Below, one piece after another: positions 1 to 9,949 of a DNA stretch of 64,000 bases (position 1 is the first letter of the stretch; the number at the start of each line of letters is the position of its first letter). The notes under the pieces were generated by a model. That model saw only the letters and a program-made list of their open reading frames with translations. It was not told where the DNA came from and searched no databases. Origin of the DNA: Oscillospiraceae bacterium (GTDB taxonomy: Bacteria; Bacillota; Clostridia; Oscillospirales; Acutalibacteraceae); the NCBI GenBank assembly GCA_029227055.1, contig JAQXZE010000038.1, positions 1,186-65,185 on the forward strand, read 5' to 3'. The translations under genes and the position numbers were made by a program.

Positions 1-1
1 G

Positions 2-442
2 GTAAACGATATTTATATAGATAGTAAAAAAGTGTCGGGAATTTTGTGCGAGGGAGTAATAAATCCTGAGAATAAAACTCTTTCTTATGCAATACTCGGC
101 ATAGGTATAAATGTAGAAAATAAAACCGATTTTCCACTCGAAATTCGCGATATAGCAACTACACTTTTTGAAGGTACAGCTAGTGAAGAGGTCTATAAAA
201 AGCTAACCTTTTCTATCTTGGAAAACTTTTTTAAAGAGTACAGAGCACTAGCGCATAAAACATACCTAAAGGAATACAGAAAGCGCTCAATACTTATCGG
301 TAAAGAGGTAACCTTTGAGCAAAACGGCGATATACATACGGCGAGGGTTATAGGTATAGACGATGCGGCAAGGCTGATACTTTCTGAAAACGGAAACACC
401 ATAAAGCTTGGTGCAGGTGAAGTATCGGTTAAACTCAAATAA
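2..442 (+). CDS. birA: biotin--[acetyl-CoA-carboxylase] ligase, C-terminal part (5' end outside window)
   Basis: Frame is open to the window edge. VNDIYIDSKKVSGILCEG...LGIGINV block and the C-terminal tail follow the BirA layout. Confidence 0.8.
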   Translation, partial: VNDIYIDSKKVSGILCEGVINPENKTLSYAILGIGINVENKTDFPLEIRDIATTLFEGTASEEVYKKLTFSILENFFKEYRALAHKTYLKEYRKRSILIGKEVTFEQNGDIHTARVIGIDDAARLILSENGNTIKLGAGEVSVKLK

Positions 443-458
443 TAAAAAGGGGATTTTT

Positions 459-1379
459 ATGAGGGATAAAAAACAAATAGTCGGTATGGCGGCGGCGCTT
501 TTAGCTAATGTTATTTTTGGATTTAGTTTTCTTTTTTCGAAGCTAGCGCTCTCTGTTGCTCATCCGCTTGTAATACTGTCGGCACGCTTTACGGTAGCCT
601 TTGTTATTATGAATATAATGGCGGTTTTAGGTATTGTTAAAATAAATTTAAAGGGTAAAAAGCTTGGCGGAATTATAGCTATGGGTATAGCTCAGCCGCT
701 TTGTTATTTTATATTTGAGCTTTACGGATTATCGCTTGTTTCTTCTGCATTATCAGGTATTATAATCGCTTTAGTGCCGATTGGGGTAATCTTAATTTCA
801 ACACTTGCTTTGAAAGAAAGACCTACAAAGCTGCAATGGCTTTGCACCTTTGTATCATTAATCGGAATATCGCTTATAAGTATCCTTTCAAATGACGGCG
901 CAAAGAGTTATTTTTTAGGAATAGTTTTACTCATATTAGCGGTTATTTCTGCCGCAATATTTAATATTTTAAGCAACAAGCAGTCCCAAAGCTTTTCTGC
1001 CTTTGAGCGCACTTATGTAATGTTTTTAATAGGCTTTATAGGCTTTAATTTGATATCGGTATTTGTGCTTAAAGGGCAATACCTACCCTCTGTTATAACG
1101 GCTTTTAAAAGCCCGTCATTTATAGCGGCGATAGTTTATCTTTCAGGCGTATCCTCTGTTGCGGCCTTTATGCTCTATAATTATTCTACTTCAATTATAA
1201 GTGCCGTAAGGGCGTCTGCTTTTTCGAATATTATAACCGTAGTTTCAATCTTTGCGGGGATTGTTATTTTGAGAGAAAAGTTTTCTTTTGTTGAAGTTTT
1301 ACTCTGTGTGCCGATAATTTTAGGTGTATGGGGAGTAAATTTCAAAAAAGATACTAAACTGATTGAAACTTCCAAATAA
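459..1379 (+). CDS. EamA/DMT-family permease
   Basis: About 10 hydrophobic helices in two EamA-like halves. ATG 459 follows an AAAGGGG RBS; the ORF-track start 408 would overlap birA. Confidence 0.8.
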   Translation: MRDKKQIVGMAAALLANVIFGFSFLFSKLALSVAHPLVILSARFTVAFVIMNIMAVLGIVKINLKGKKLGGIIAMGIAQPLCYFIFELYGLSLVSSALSGIIIALVPIGVILISTLALKERPTKLQWLCTFVSLIGISLISILSNDGAKSYFLGIVLLILAVISAAIFNILSNKQSQSFSAFERTYVMFLIGFIGFNLISVFVLKGQYLPSVITAFKSPSFIAAIVYLSGVSSVAAFMLYNYSTSIISAVRASAFSNIITVVSIFAGIVILREKFSFVEVLLCVPIILGVWGVNFKKDTKLIETSK

Positions 1380-1424
1380 TAGTGGTATAATATCTTGGTA
1401 AATTTTAAAAATTAGGTGATATAA

Positions 1425-2267
1425 ATGTCAGAAAATCAATCTTGTTCGGGTAATTGTTCATCCTGTAGTGCTAACTGTTCTTCGAGAGAGCCGCAAAGCT
1501 TTATCGAGCCTACAGGGGAATACAACAATATAAAAAATGTTATCGCCGTTGTAAGCGGTAAGGGCGGCGTTGGTAAATCAATGGTTACCTCTCTGCTTGC
1601 AGTATTAATGGCTAAAAAGGGATATAAAGTTGGTATTCTTGATGCCGATATTACAGGTCCCTCAATTCCTAAGGCTTTTGGTGTTAATTCTAGGGCAATG
1701 CAAAACGAGCTTGGAATTCTACCTGCAGTTACTAAGGGTGGAATTAAGCTAATGTCGGTAAACCTTTTACTTCCCAAAACCGATTCTCCTGTTGTTTGGC
1801 GCGGTCCCGTTATAGCGGGTGCTGTAAAGCAGTTCTGGCAAGAGGTTGTTTGGGAAGATTTGGATTATTTGTTTATTGACTGTCCTCCCGGAACAGGCGA
1901 TGTACCGCTAACTGTTTTTCAGACCATTCCGCTTGACGCTGCAGTTGTTGTAACAACACCTCAGGATTTAGTTTCAATGATAGTCAGAAAAGCCGTTAAT
2001 ATGGCTCAGATGATGAATATAAATGTGCTCGGTATAGTAGAGAATATGAGCTATATTGAGTGTCCCGACTGCAAAAAGAAAATCAGCGTTTTTGGAAAAT
2101 TGGGCGTTGATTCAGCGGCAGGTACCGACCTTCCCGTACTTGCAAAAATGCCGATAACTACAATGCTTACAGAGCTTGTGGACAACGGCGAAATTGAGAA
2201 GTTTGACTGTGATTGGTTAGACGATGCAGTAGAAAAGCTTATAGAGGCAACAAAAGACAAAGAATAA
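1425..2267 (+). CDS. Mrp/NBP35/ApbC-family Fe-S cluster carrier ATPase
   Basis: Deviant P-loop VVSGKGGVGKS, DADITGPS and CPPGTGD motifs. Cys-rich N-terminus CSGNCSSCSANC. Confidence 0.9.
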   Translation: MSENQSCSGNCSSCSANCSSREPQSFIEPTGEYNNIKNVIAVVSGKGGVGKSMVTSLLAVLMAKKGYKVGILDADITGPSIPKAFGVNSRAMQNELGILPAVTKGGIKLMSVNLLLPKTDSPVVWRGPVIAGAVKQFWQEVVWEDLDYLFIDCPPGTGDVPLTVFQTIPLDAAVVVTTPQDLVSMIVRKAVNMAQMMNINVLGIVENMSYIECPDCKKKISVFGKLGVDSAAGTDLPVLAKMPITTMLTELVDNGEIEKFDCDWLDDAVEKLIEATKDKE

Positions 2268-2270
2268 AAT

Positions 2271-2305
2271 AAAAGACCTTACGGATTTTCCGTAAGGTCT
2301 TTTTA
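2271..2305. terminator. bidirectional rho-independent terminator between convergent genes
   Basis: 13-14 bp perfect stem AAAGACCTTACGGA/TCCGTAAGGTCTTT flanked by an A-run and a T-run. Confidence 0.85.
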
Positions 2306-2310
2306 TGTAA

Positions 2311-2796
2311 TTATAAGTTTATTAAAACATCCTTGCCTGAGAAGTCATACGCACGGTATTTAACACCTGCAGAATCAAACATTCTCTTAGATGCCTTAAC
2401 GCTATCGGAATCAGCGTATTTATCCTCAGCGTAAACAATTTCGGTAATTCCTGACTGAATAATTGCCTTTGCACATTCGTTACAGGGGAAAAGAGTGGTA
2501 TAAACCGAGCAACCCTTAACCGAACTGCTGTGGCAGTTAAGTATTGCATTGAGCTCTGCATGGCAGACATAAAGATATTTTGAATCGAGACCTTCGGCCC
2601 TCTCCCAAGGATAGTCATCATCGCTGCAGCAATGAGGCATACCGTTATAGCCCATAGAAAGAATTCGTTTTTCGGGGTTTACTATACAAGCACCAACCTG
2701 AGTAGAGGGGTCCTTACTTCTTCTTGCCGAAAGAAAGGCTATTCCCATAAAATATTCGTCCCAAGTTAAATAATCACTTCTTTTCAAAATAATCAC
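2311..2796 (-). CDS. comEB: deoxycytidylate (dCMP) deaminase
   Basis: Zinc-deaminase motifs HAELNAI and PCNECAK; about 160 aa. Confidence 0.88.
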   Translation of the reverse strand: MIILKRSDYLTWDEYFMGIAFLSARRSKDPSTQVGACIVNPEKRILSMGYNGMPHCCSDDDYPWERAEGLDSKYLYVCHAELNAILNCHSSSVKGCSVYTTLFPCNECAKAIIQSGITEIVYAEDKYADSDSVKASKRMFDSAGVKYRAYDFSGKDVLINL

Positions 2797-2817
2797 CTCA
2801 TATATGTATTTTACTAT

Positions 2818-4008
2818 TTATGAATCTAATTTGCAATCTTTTTCTTTTACAAAGAAAAGGGCAGTAATCACCATTATTAGCGGGAATACGGCGGACACTA
2901 CAAAACCTGCATTAAAGCTTATGTTATCGGCAGTAATTCCTAAAAGCCAAGGACCAAGAGAACAACCGAAGTCACCACAGAGGGCTAAAATACTGAACAT
3001 AAGCGTTCCTGCAGACATAAATTTTGCACTTGCCATAGAGTATGTACCCGGCCAGGAAAGACTTACCGTAAATCCGCATAGAGCACAGGCAATAAGTGCT
3101 AAAACGGGAAGTTTACAAACACCTACCATCATATAACAGATAAAACAGAGAATGCCATTTATTATAAATATTTTTCTAACCGAGATTTTACCCGATAACG
3201 AGCCGAAAATAATTCTGCCAAGTCCCATAAATATTGCAAAAGCGCAGGGACCTAAAAGGTCGCCTACAACCTTGCTGAGCCCTAGTGCGTTCTGGGCAAA
3301 TAGAGATGCCCACTGTGCCATAGTAATCTCACTTGCTCCCGCACAAAGCATAAACACCATAAAGCAAATAAAGGTTTTGTTTTTAAGCAAGTCCTTTGCA
3401 CCTGTTTTTTTGTTTTCTGCGGTGGGATTGATTACGGGCACAAAAAGGAACGAAATTGAGTTTATAAAGGGTATAATTCCCCAAATTATCGGAATAATTG
3501 TCCAATTTAAAAAGCCTAATGCCTTTAGAAGAAAGGTTGTGATTAAAACCGTAAAGGTTTGTCCCCAACAGTAAAAGGAATGCGTAAACGCCATTTGTGC
3601 GCCTTTGTTTTTAGAGGGCAGAAGCTCCATAATAGGACTTAAAACAACCTCCATAATTCCGCTTCCAAAGGCATAAATTACAACCGAAATAATGATTGCT
3701 GTATATGTATCACTTATTATGTTCGGTAAAATAGCAAGCGAAAAAAGACCTACCGCTGCCGAAAACTGACACAAAAACGCTGTGAGCTTATAACCTATCC
3801 ACTCGGAAATTTTTGGAGTAGCAAAGTCTGAAAAAATTTGTATTGCGAAATTTATAAAAATTATTCTTCCAAGTCTTTCGTAGGAAAGTCCGTAATTCTT
3901 TTGAAACACGATAAAAAGTATCGGCAAAAAATTATTTACAATAGCCTGAACGAAGAACCCTAAATAGCAGGAAACTTTCGTGAAACCGTATCCCAACTTC
4001 ACTTTCAC
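2818..4008 (-). CDS. MFS transporter
   Basis: About 12 predicted TM helices over 396 aa, typical MFS architecture. Substrate unknown. Confidence 0.75.
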   Translation of the reverse strand: MKVKLGYGFTKVSCYLGFFVQAIVNNFLPILFIVFQKNYGLSYERLGRIIFINFAIQIFSDFATPKISEWIGYKLTAFLCQFSAAVGLFSLAILPNIISDTYTAIIISVVIYAFGSGIMEVVLSPIMELLPSKNKGAQMAFTHSFYCWGQTFTVLITTFLLKALGFLNWTIIPIIWGIIPFINSISFLFVPVINPTAENKKTGAKDLLKNKTFICFMVFMLCAGASEITMAQWASLFAQNALGLSKVVGDLLGPCAFAIFMGLGRIIFGSLSGKISVRKIFIINGILCFICYMMVGVCKLPVLALIACALCGFTVSLSWPGTYSMASAKFMSAGTLMFSILALCGDFGCSLGPWLLGITADNISFNAGFVVSAVFPLIMVITALFFVKEKDCKLDS

Positions 4009-4676
4009 TCTGCCTCACACTCTTTTATTTGGTCTAATATGTCGAGTAGCTCAAGAGGTTTTGTTATTATATGAGCAGCACCGTTTTCGCGAAGCTCAGC
4101 TTCCCCTCTAAAGCCCCACAGCTCGCCAACGGGCAGAGCACCGCTGTTAAGCCCTGTAAGGATATCAACGCCTGAGTCGCCTAGGAATATACACTCATTT
4201 GGTTCAACACCTAAATCCTTCATAGCAAGTAAAGTGAGTGTGGGGTCGGGCTTAGCGGGAACACCGTCACGCTTGCCGAATACAAATTTAAAGGTATCGC
4301 CGTAAAGCTTTGATACAACGATATCAGCCATATCCTGCGCCTTGTTGGTTACAACGGCGATTATAAGCTCTCTTTTCTTAAGCTCTGAAAGAAGCTCTTG
4401 TATTCCTTCGTATGATGCGGTGTTATCAGCATAGTGTACCGAATAAAACTCTAGGAAATTACTTCTTAAAAGCTCTACTGTATCAGGATTTCTGTGGTCC
4501 TCAGGAAGCGCCCTTTCAATCATTTTAGGAATACCGTCACCCACAAACATTTTAAAGGCTTCGGTTTCGTGGGTAGGGTAGCCGTGGAGCTTTAGCGCAT
4601 AATTCACAGCATCTGCTAAATCCTGAAGAGAATTTGCAAGGGTGCCGTCAAGGTCAAATAAAACTGCTTTAATCAT
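4005..4676 (-). CDS. HAD-IA hydrolase (phosphoglycolate-phosphatase-like)
   Basis: FDLDGTL, VTNK and GDSGVD HAD motifs. ATG at 4676 has a GAGG RBS 8 nt upstream; the ORF-track start 4688 is TTG inside that RBS region. Confidence 0.8.
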   Translation of the reverse strand: MIKAVLFDLDGTLANSLQDLADAVNYALKLHGYPTHETEAFKMFVGDGIPKMIERALPEDHRNPDTVELLRSNFLEFYSVHYADNTASYEGIQELLSELKKRELIIAVVTNKAQDMADIVVSKLYGDTFKFVFGKRDGVPAKPDPTLTLLAMKDLGVEPNECIFLGDSGVDILTGLNSGALPVGELWGFRGEAELRENGAAHIITKPLELLDILDQIKECEAE

Positions 4677-4715
4677 AGAAAACCTCAAAATAAAAATCTC
4701 AAAATATAAAAATAT

Positions 4716-4760
4716 AAAACAAAAACCTCGCCAGACCGAATAATCGATTAGTCGAGGTTG
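4716..4760 (-). terminator. probable terminator of rpmB
   Basis: Stem AACCTCG/CGAGGTT (4724-4730 / 4753-4759) with a large loop, followed on the minus strand by a T-rich run. Confidence 0.55.
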
Positions 4761-4774
4761 TTTTGTTTTTTAAC

Positions 4775-4963
4775 TTAGATGGCTCTGGTAACTTTACCTG
4801 AACGCAAGCAGCGGGTGCAGGCATTGATACGACGGGGTGAACCGTTAACGATAGCCCTAACTTTCTTTACGTTCGGCTTCCAAGTTCTGTTAGAACGTCT
4901 GTGTGAATGAGAAACCTTAATACCAAAAGCAATTTCTTTATTGCAGATATCACATTTTGCCAT
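4775..4963 (-). CDS. rpmB: 50S ribosomal protein L28
   Basis: MAKCDICNKE...SHSHRRSNRTWKPNV. ATG 4963 is preceded by a GGAGGTG RBS; the ORF-track start is 15 codons too long. Confidence 0.95.
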   Translation of the reverse strand: MAKCDICNKEIAFGIKVSHSHRRSNRTWKPNVKKVRAIVNGSPRRINACTRCLRSGKVTRAI

Positions 4964-5010
4964 GGTCTGCACCTCCTTCTGAATAAATCGCATTTGCGAT
5001 AGCAACAATA

Positions 5011-5039
5011 ATAATAACAGAAACGAAGCAATAATGCAA
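5011..5039 (-). promoter_or_regulatory. sigma-A-type promoter for rpmB
   Basis: Minus strand reads TTGCAT - 17 nt - TATTAT. Confidence 0.5.
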
Positions 5040-5087
5040 GTATTTTTTTTAACTTTAAAAGGATTTTATCGAAAAATGGAAGATTTT

Positions 5088-6080
5088 TTATGCTAAAGGG
5101 GTATATTCGCGCCTTTTAGGACGAAGCATAAGGTCTTTTATTACATCATTAACCGGTTTGTTTTCGTAAAGTACGGCATAGCATTCTTCGATTATAGGCA
5201 TATCAAGATGATATTTTTGGGATAATTTATAAGCCATTTCGGCGGCATAGTAGCCCTCAACCGTACCTACTTCCTTTAACGCAACATCAACAGCAGTACC
5301 CGAGCCTACCTTATTACCGAAACGGTTGTTACGGCTATGACGGGAGGTACAGGTAACAACAAGGTCGCCAAGTCCTGTAAGACCTGCAAAGGTGTATTCG
5401 CGAGCACCCATACTAACGCCAAGCCTTGTCATTTCGGCAAGACCTCTTGTAATAAGGGCAGCTTTAGAGTTGTCGCCAAGTCCCATACCGTCGCAAAAGC
5501 CTGCACAAACGGCAATTACATTTTTAAGTGCGCCGCCAACCTCAACACCTATAAGGTCGGTAGAGGTATAAATGCGTAAAAATTCGTTAGACATAACATT
5601 CTGTACGATTTCGGCAACGGGCAGACTGCTTGATGCCGCTACAACCGAGGTCGGAATATTTCTTGCAACCTCCTCGGCGTGTGAGGGACCTGAAAGCACC
5701 GCAATTTTTCTATCGGGCAATTCCTCACATATTACATCTGATAAAAGCTTTAAGCTATCCTTTTCAAAGCCCTTTGCAACATTAACTATTATGCCGCAGT
5801 CAATACCTTTAAGTTTTGCAGCAACACTTCTCACTGCAGTTGAGGGGCAAGCAATTATAGTTATATAAGAACCCTCAGCCTTATTTATATCGGTAGTAAT
5901 TTCTATATCTTCGGGAATTGTAATTCCGTTTAAAAGACGCTCGTTTGTGCGCTTTTCCATAAGCATAGCGGCTTCTTCTTCAAAGGGGGTCCAAAGCACA
6001 ACATTATGTCCGTTATTAAAAGCCGCAATAGCGAGGGCAATACCCCAACCGCCAGAGCCTAAAACAGATACCTTAAACAT
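5088..6080 (-). CDS. gpsA: NAD(P)H-dependent glycerol-3-phosphate dehydrogenase
   Basis: Rossmann N-terminus VLGSGGWGIALA. Full-length GpsA-like sequence. 8-nt overlap with plsY. Confidence 0.93.
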   Translation of the reverse strand: MFKVSVLGSGGWGIALAIAAFNNGHNVVLWTPFEEEAAMLMEKRTNERLLNGITIPEDIEITTDINKAEGSYITIIACPSTAVRSVAAKLKGIDCGIIVNVAKGFEKDSLKLLSDVICEELPDRKIAVLSGPSHAEEVARNIPTSVVAASSSLPVAEIVQNVMSNEFLRIYTSTDLIGVEVGGALKNVIAVCAGFCDGMGLGDNSKAALITRGLAEMTRLGVSMGAREYTFAGLTGLGDLVVTCTSRHSRNNRFGNKVGSGTAVDVALKEVGTVEGYYAAEMAYKLSQKYHLDMPIIEECYAVLYENKPVNDVIKDLMLRPKRREYTPLA

Positions 6081-6732
6081 CCTTTTTCCTCCCGATTTTA
6101 ATGTGTTTTTCTTCGCCTTTTATAAGACGCTTAATATTATCAGAGTGTTTTAAGAAAACGATAAGTCCCATCAATGCGGCTAATATAAGCTGCCATAAAA
6201 AAGCGGCACCTTTATTGTAAAATAAACCTGAGCAAACCACAACCGTAACGGTTGCCAAGAGGGAACTCAAGGATACAATCCTTGAAATTAAAATAGAAAG
6301 GATAAAGCATACAAGACCGATTGTTATAGCAAGAGGACAGCATACATAAAAGATACCTACTGCCACCGCTACGCCCTTGCCACCCCTGAATTTGAAGAAT
6401 ATGGGGAATACATGACCGAGCATACAAAAAAGTCCGCAAAGGAAGGCAAGATAAATTGCATATTCTGCGGCGGGGAAACTATCGCTCGCCTCAAAGCCAC
6501 TCAAAAAGAGGGTTTTACCTATAAAACAGGCAAGAAAACCTTTAAGTGCATCGAAAACAAATGTCAATATGCCGGGCAAAAGGCCTGCAGTACGAAGCAC
6601 ATTTGTAGCCCCTGCGTTACCGCTGCCCATTTCTCTTACATCTTTTTTGGTAAAGAACTTTGAGAAAATAACCGCAAAGTTAATGCTGCCGATAAGATAG
6701 GCCAAAACAACTGAAATTATTGCATATATCAT
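6073..6732 (-). CDS. plsY: glycerol-3-phosphate acyltransferase PlsY
   Basis: GSGNAGATNVLR motif in a multi-TM protein of 219 aa. Confidence 0.93.
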   Translation of the reverse strand: MIYAIISVVLAYLIGSINFAVIFSKFFTKKDVREMGSGNAGATNVLRTAGLLPGILTFVFDALKGFLACFIGKTLFLSGFEASDSFPAAEYAIYLAFLCGLFCMLGHVFPIFFKFRGGKGVAVAVGIFYVCCPLAITIGLVCFILSILISRIVSLSSLLATVTVVVCSGLFYNKGAAFLWQLILAALMGLIVFLKHSDNIKRLIKGEEKHIKIGRKKDV

Positions 6733-6734
6733 AG

Positions 6735-8060
6735 TTAGTTTTTGTCGCCCCTTTCGCGAATTACAAATCTTACGGGTGTACCCTCAAGACCGAAGGTAGA
6801 GCGAATCTGATTTTCAAGATAACGCTGATATGAAAAATGGAAAAGCTCTGCATTATTGCAAAAGCATACAAATGTAGGCGGCTTTGTAGATGCCTGAGTC
6901 ATATAGTAGATGCGAAGACGCTTACCCTTATCTGTAGGGGGTTGTACACGGGCGGTAGCATCGGCTAAAATATCGTTAAGCTTACCTGTAGAAATACGCA
7001 TGGTATTCTGCGCATAAACGAACTTTATAAGGTCAAAAAGGCGGTCAATTCTCTGACCTGTTTTTGCTGAAATAAAGATTATCGGCGCATAGGGCATAAA
7101 TGAAAAGTCGTTCATAAGCTTCTTGCGGTAGGCTGCCATAGTTTTATCGTCTTTTTCTACTATGTCCCATTTATTAACAACTATAATACAAGCCTTTCCG
7201 GCTTCAAGGGCAAGTCCTGCAACCTTAGAGTCCTGCTCGGTAAAGCCGTCTGTACCGTCTATCATTATAACACAAACATCAGCGCGTTCAATTGCCATTT
7301 TAGCCCTTAGAACGCTGTACTTTTCGATTGTATCTTCAACCTTGCTCTTTCTGCGAAGACCTGCAGTATCAATAAAATTAAATTTACCGTACTTGTTTTC
7401 GATAAGGGTATCAATAGCGTCTCTTGTAGTACCTGCAATATCGGATACGATAGAGCGTTCTTCACCTGCGATTTTATTTACTAGGGAGGATTTACCAGCA
7501 TTTGGCTTTCCTATTACGGCAACATTTATAACTTCACCGTCATCCTCTGTAAAATCGCTTTCGGGGAGATATTTGAAAACGGCGTCTAAAAGGTCGCCCG
7601 TGCCGTGACCGTGAACAGAGGATACAGCTACGGGGTCGCCAAGTCCCAAATTATAAAATTCATAAAATTCTAAGGGGGTATCACCGATACTGTCGCACTT
7701 ATTTACGCACAAAACAATTGGTTTTCCGCTTTTTTGAAGCATTGCGGCAATCTCCATATCGGCGGCGGTAACACCGCTTTTAAGGTCGGTAACAAATATT
7801 ATTACATTGGCGGTTTCTATGGCAAGGTTTGCCTGATTTCTCATACCTGAGAATATAACATCATCGCTGTCAGGCTCGATACCGCCGGTATCTATAAGCA
7901 TAATTTTACGGTTAAGCCACTCGGCATCACCGTAGATACGGTCACGGGTAACGCCGGGCGTATCATAAACTATTGAAAGACGCTGTCCGATAAGCTTATT
8001 AAAAAGGGTAGACTTACCAACATTCGGTCTTCCTACTACTGCAACAACAGGTTTAGCCAT
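6735..8060 (-). CDS. der: ribosome-biogenesis GTPase Der (EngA)
   Basis: Two tandem G domains (GRPNVGKST and GKPNAGKSS P-loops) plus a KH-like C-terminus. Confidence 0.96.
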   Translation of the reverse strand: MAKPVVAVVGRPNVGKSTLFNKLIGQRLSIVYDTPGVTRDRIYGDAEWLNRKIMLIDTGGIEPDSDDVIFSGMRNQANLAIETANVIIFVTDLKSGVTAADMEIAAMLQKSGKPIVLCVNKCDSIGDTPLEFYEFYNLGLGDPVAVSSVHGHGTGDLLDAVFKYLPESDFTEDDGEVINVAVIGKPNAGKSSLVNKIAGEERSIVSDIAGTTRDAIDTLIENKYGKFNFIDTAGLRRKSKVEDTIEKYSVLRAKMAIERADVCVIMIDGTDGFTEQDSKVAGLALEAGKACIIVVNKWDIVEKDDKTMAAYRKKLMNDFSFMPYAPIIFISAKTGQRIDRLFDLIKFVYAQNTMRISTGKLNDILADATARVQPPTDKGKRLRIYYMTQASTKPPTFVCFCNNAELFHFSYQRYLENQIRSTFGLEGTPVRFVIRERGDKN

Positions 8061-8072
8061 AAAACCACTCCT

Positions 8073-9392
8073 TTATATAGTAATTCCGAAGATGGCATCG
8101 CAAAGAGCATAGCCATCGTTATCAACGGGGGTAATTTTAACATTAAGGGTAGAGGATAATTCCTCTAAGGTTATACTGTCAAGGAACATATCGCCTTCAC
8201 TTCTCAGCATTACAGAGGGGATAAGCAGTTCCTCGCCTAACTCTTTATCTTTTAACTGATTTATAATATCGGTAGCGGTAACAAGACCTGCAACCGTGAT
8301 TTTTTCACCGAAAAAGTCATTTTTTATAGGATAAACATTGCAACAAAGGGTGTTATCTAACGCCATACATTTATCGGCAATTTGCTTTATAAGCGGATAT
8401 GCGGCAACGCCTGTTGCGATACTTACCTTTCGTGGATTACTGTCTACATCGAAATTATCCTTTAAATCTAAGAGGGCATCGTTACTTTCACTCTTTAAAA
8501 GCGACCAAAGTCCTACGCCGTTTTCGAGCTGTAAAAAGTCTCCATAGTATTCGGCATTGGGGATTTCTCTTTTTGACAGCAGATAAAATTCATCAGAGCC
8601 GTAAACCCTACGCTCTCCCCATTTCTCTATACACTCGTCACCGATACGGTCTATTATATCAAGCACAGCACCTGCGGTTTGCTCATTAAAGGGGGATAGG
8701 GGGGTGAGTTTGTCTCTAAACTTTGTAAGACCTACGGGAACGGCGGCAATACACTCTACATTTTTCTTTGATGTTAAGTCTTTTAGAGTTGATAAAAGCT
8801 CATCGCCGTCATTAAATCCCGGGCAGAGAACAAGCTGACAGTTTATTTTTATATCAGCCTCATTAAATCTATCTATAATCTCTAAGACATTTCCTGCATT
8901 TTCGTTTCGCATCATTTTTACGCGAAGAGAGGGGTTTGTTGTATGAACAGAAATGTTTATAGGACTTATATGCATTTTTATAATTCTGTTTATTTCGTGG
9001 TCAGTAAGGTTTGTAAGGGTTATGTAATTTCCAAAAAGGAAAGAAAGGCGGGAATCGTCGTCCTTAAAATATAGGGACTTACGAAGACCTCTCGGTAATT
9101 GGTCGATAAAACAGAAGATACACTTATTTTTGCAAAAGTGTTTTTCATCCATTAAATAGGTATCGAAAATAAGGCCTAGTTCACTATACTCGTCCTTTTC
9201 GATTTTAATAGACCTCTGTTCACCCTTGTTGTCAATTATTTCGGCAATAATAAAGGAATTGTTCTGATAAAAACGATAATCGAGCACATCTACAATTTGT
9301 TCACCGTTAAGACTTATAAGGGTATCGCCCGATTTAATCCCTGCTTTATCTGCAGGACTGTTTTTTTCTACCTCTTTAACTATAACCGACAC
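8073..9392 (-). CDS. PDZ + radical-SAM-like + DUF512 protein
   Basis: PDZ-like GDTLISLNG and CxxxCxxC cluster CKNKCIFC, in the conserved position upstream of der. GTG 9392 has GGAGG 7 nt upstream; the ORF-track start 9500 has no RBS. Confidence 0.8.
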   Translation of the reverse strand: MSVIVKEVEKNSPADKAGIKSGDTLISLNGEQIVDVLDYRFYQNNSFIIAEIIDNKGEQRSIKIEKDEYSELGLIFDTYLMDEKHFCKNKCIFCFIDQLPRGLRKSLYFKDDDSRLSFLFGNYITLTNLTDHEINRIIKMHISPINISVHTTNPSLRVKMMRNENAGNVLEIIDRFNEADIKINCQLVLCPGFNDGDELLSTLKDLTSKKNVECIAAVPVGLTKFRDKLTPLSPFNEQTAGAVLDIIDRIGDECIEKWGERRVYGSDEFYLLSKREIPNAEYYGDFLQLENGVGLWSLLKSESNDALLDLKDNFDVDSNPRKVSIATGVAAYPLIKQIADKCMALDNTLCCNVYPIKNDFFGEKITVAGLVTATDIINQLKDKELGEELLIPSVMLRSEGDMFLDSITLEELSSTLNVKITPVDNDGYALCDAIFGITI

Positions 9393-9419
9393 AAAATTAC
9401 CTCCTTCCCTAGCCAAAAA

Positions 9420-9448
9420 ATTTAAACTTGAATCAGATTTTGAAACAA
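9420..9448 (-). promoter_or_regulatory. possible promoter of the DUF512-der operon
   Basis: Minus strand reads TTGTTT - 17 nt - TTAAAT, about 20 nt upstream of the RBS. Confidence 0.35.
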
Positions 9449-9693
9449 GTATTTTTCGCTGCGACTTTGTTAAAATACTCGTGAATCTGTCAGGATTCAC
9501 TGCGTTTTGTGCCTCTCACATCAAAAAATCCTTTATTTACAAAATTCTGCGACCTTAAAGGTGCGATTTTTTGTGTGGATTTTGGCGAAGCGAATCCCAT
9601 AAGGCTAACGCCTATGGGCGACAATGAGCCGAAAGCCGCCTAAAAACCGCCCTTTAAGGCTGGTTCAAGTTTAAATGCTTTGGCTAAAATCCT

Positions 9694-9729
9694 CTCTTAA
9701 AAAAACAAGGGAGGAAATGCTCCTCCCTT
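9694..9729 (-). terminator. rho-independent terminator of rpmF
   Basis: 9-bp stem AAGGGAGGA/TCCTCCCTT with a 5-nt loop, followed on the minus strand by GTTTTTTT. Confidence 0.88.
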
Positions 9730-9735
9730 AAAAAA

Positions 9736-9918
9736 TTACTCTGCTACTTTTACAACCTCACGACCGTTGTACTGTCCGCAAGCGGCGCAAAGTCTGTGCG
9801 GACGCTTATAAGCACCGCAGTTTGAGCATTTTACCAATGCCGGAGCACTGATTTTCCAAACATTATTTCTTCTCTTATCTCTTCTAGCCTTAGAAGTCTT
9901 TCTCTTTGGTACTGCCAT
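9736..9918 (-). CDS. rpmF: 50S ribosomal protein L32
   Basis: MAVPKRKTSKARRDKRR N-terminus and a CxxC...CxxC zinc ribbon. Confidence 0.96.
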   Translation of the reverse strand: MAVPKRKTSKARRDKRRNNVWKISAPALVKCSNCGAYKRPHRLCAACGQYNGREVVKVAE

Positions 9919-9949
9919 TTCAGCACCTCCTTAATATGATATTTAAAAG

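Noticed and set aside
9393-9500. 36-codon N-terminal extension of the DUF512 gene (ORF-track GTG start at 9500).
   Set aside because: There is no RBS at 9500, and that start codon sits inside a perfect 7-bp hairpin. GTG 9392 has GGAGG at ideal spacing and begins right at the PDZ-like domain.
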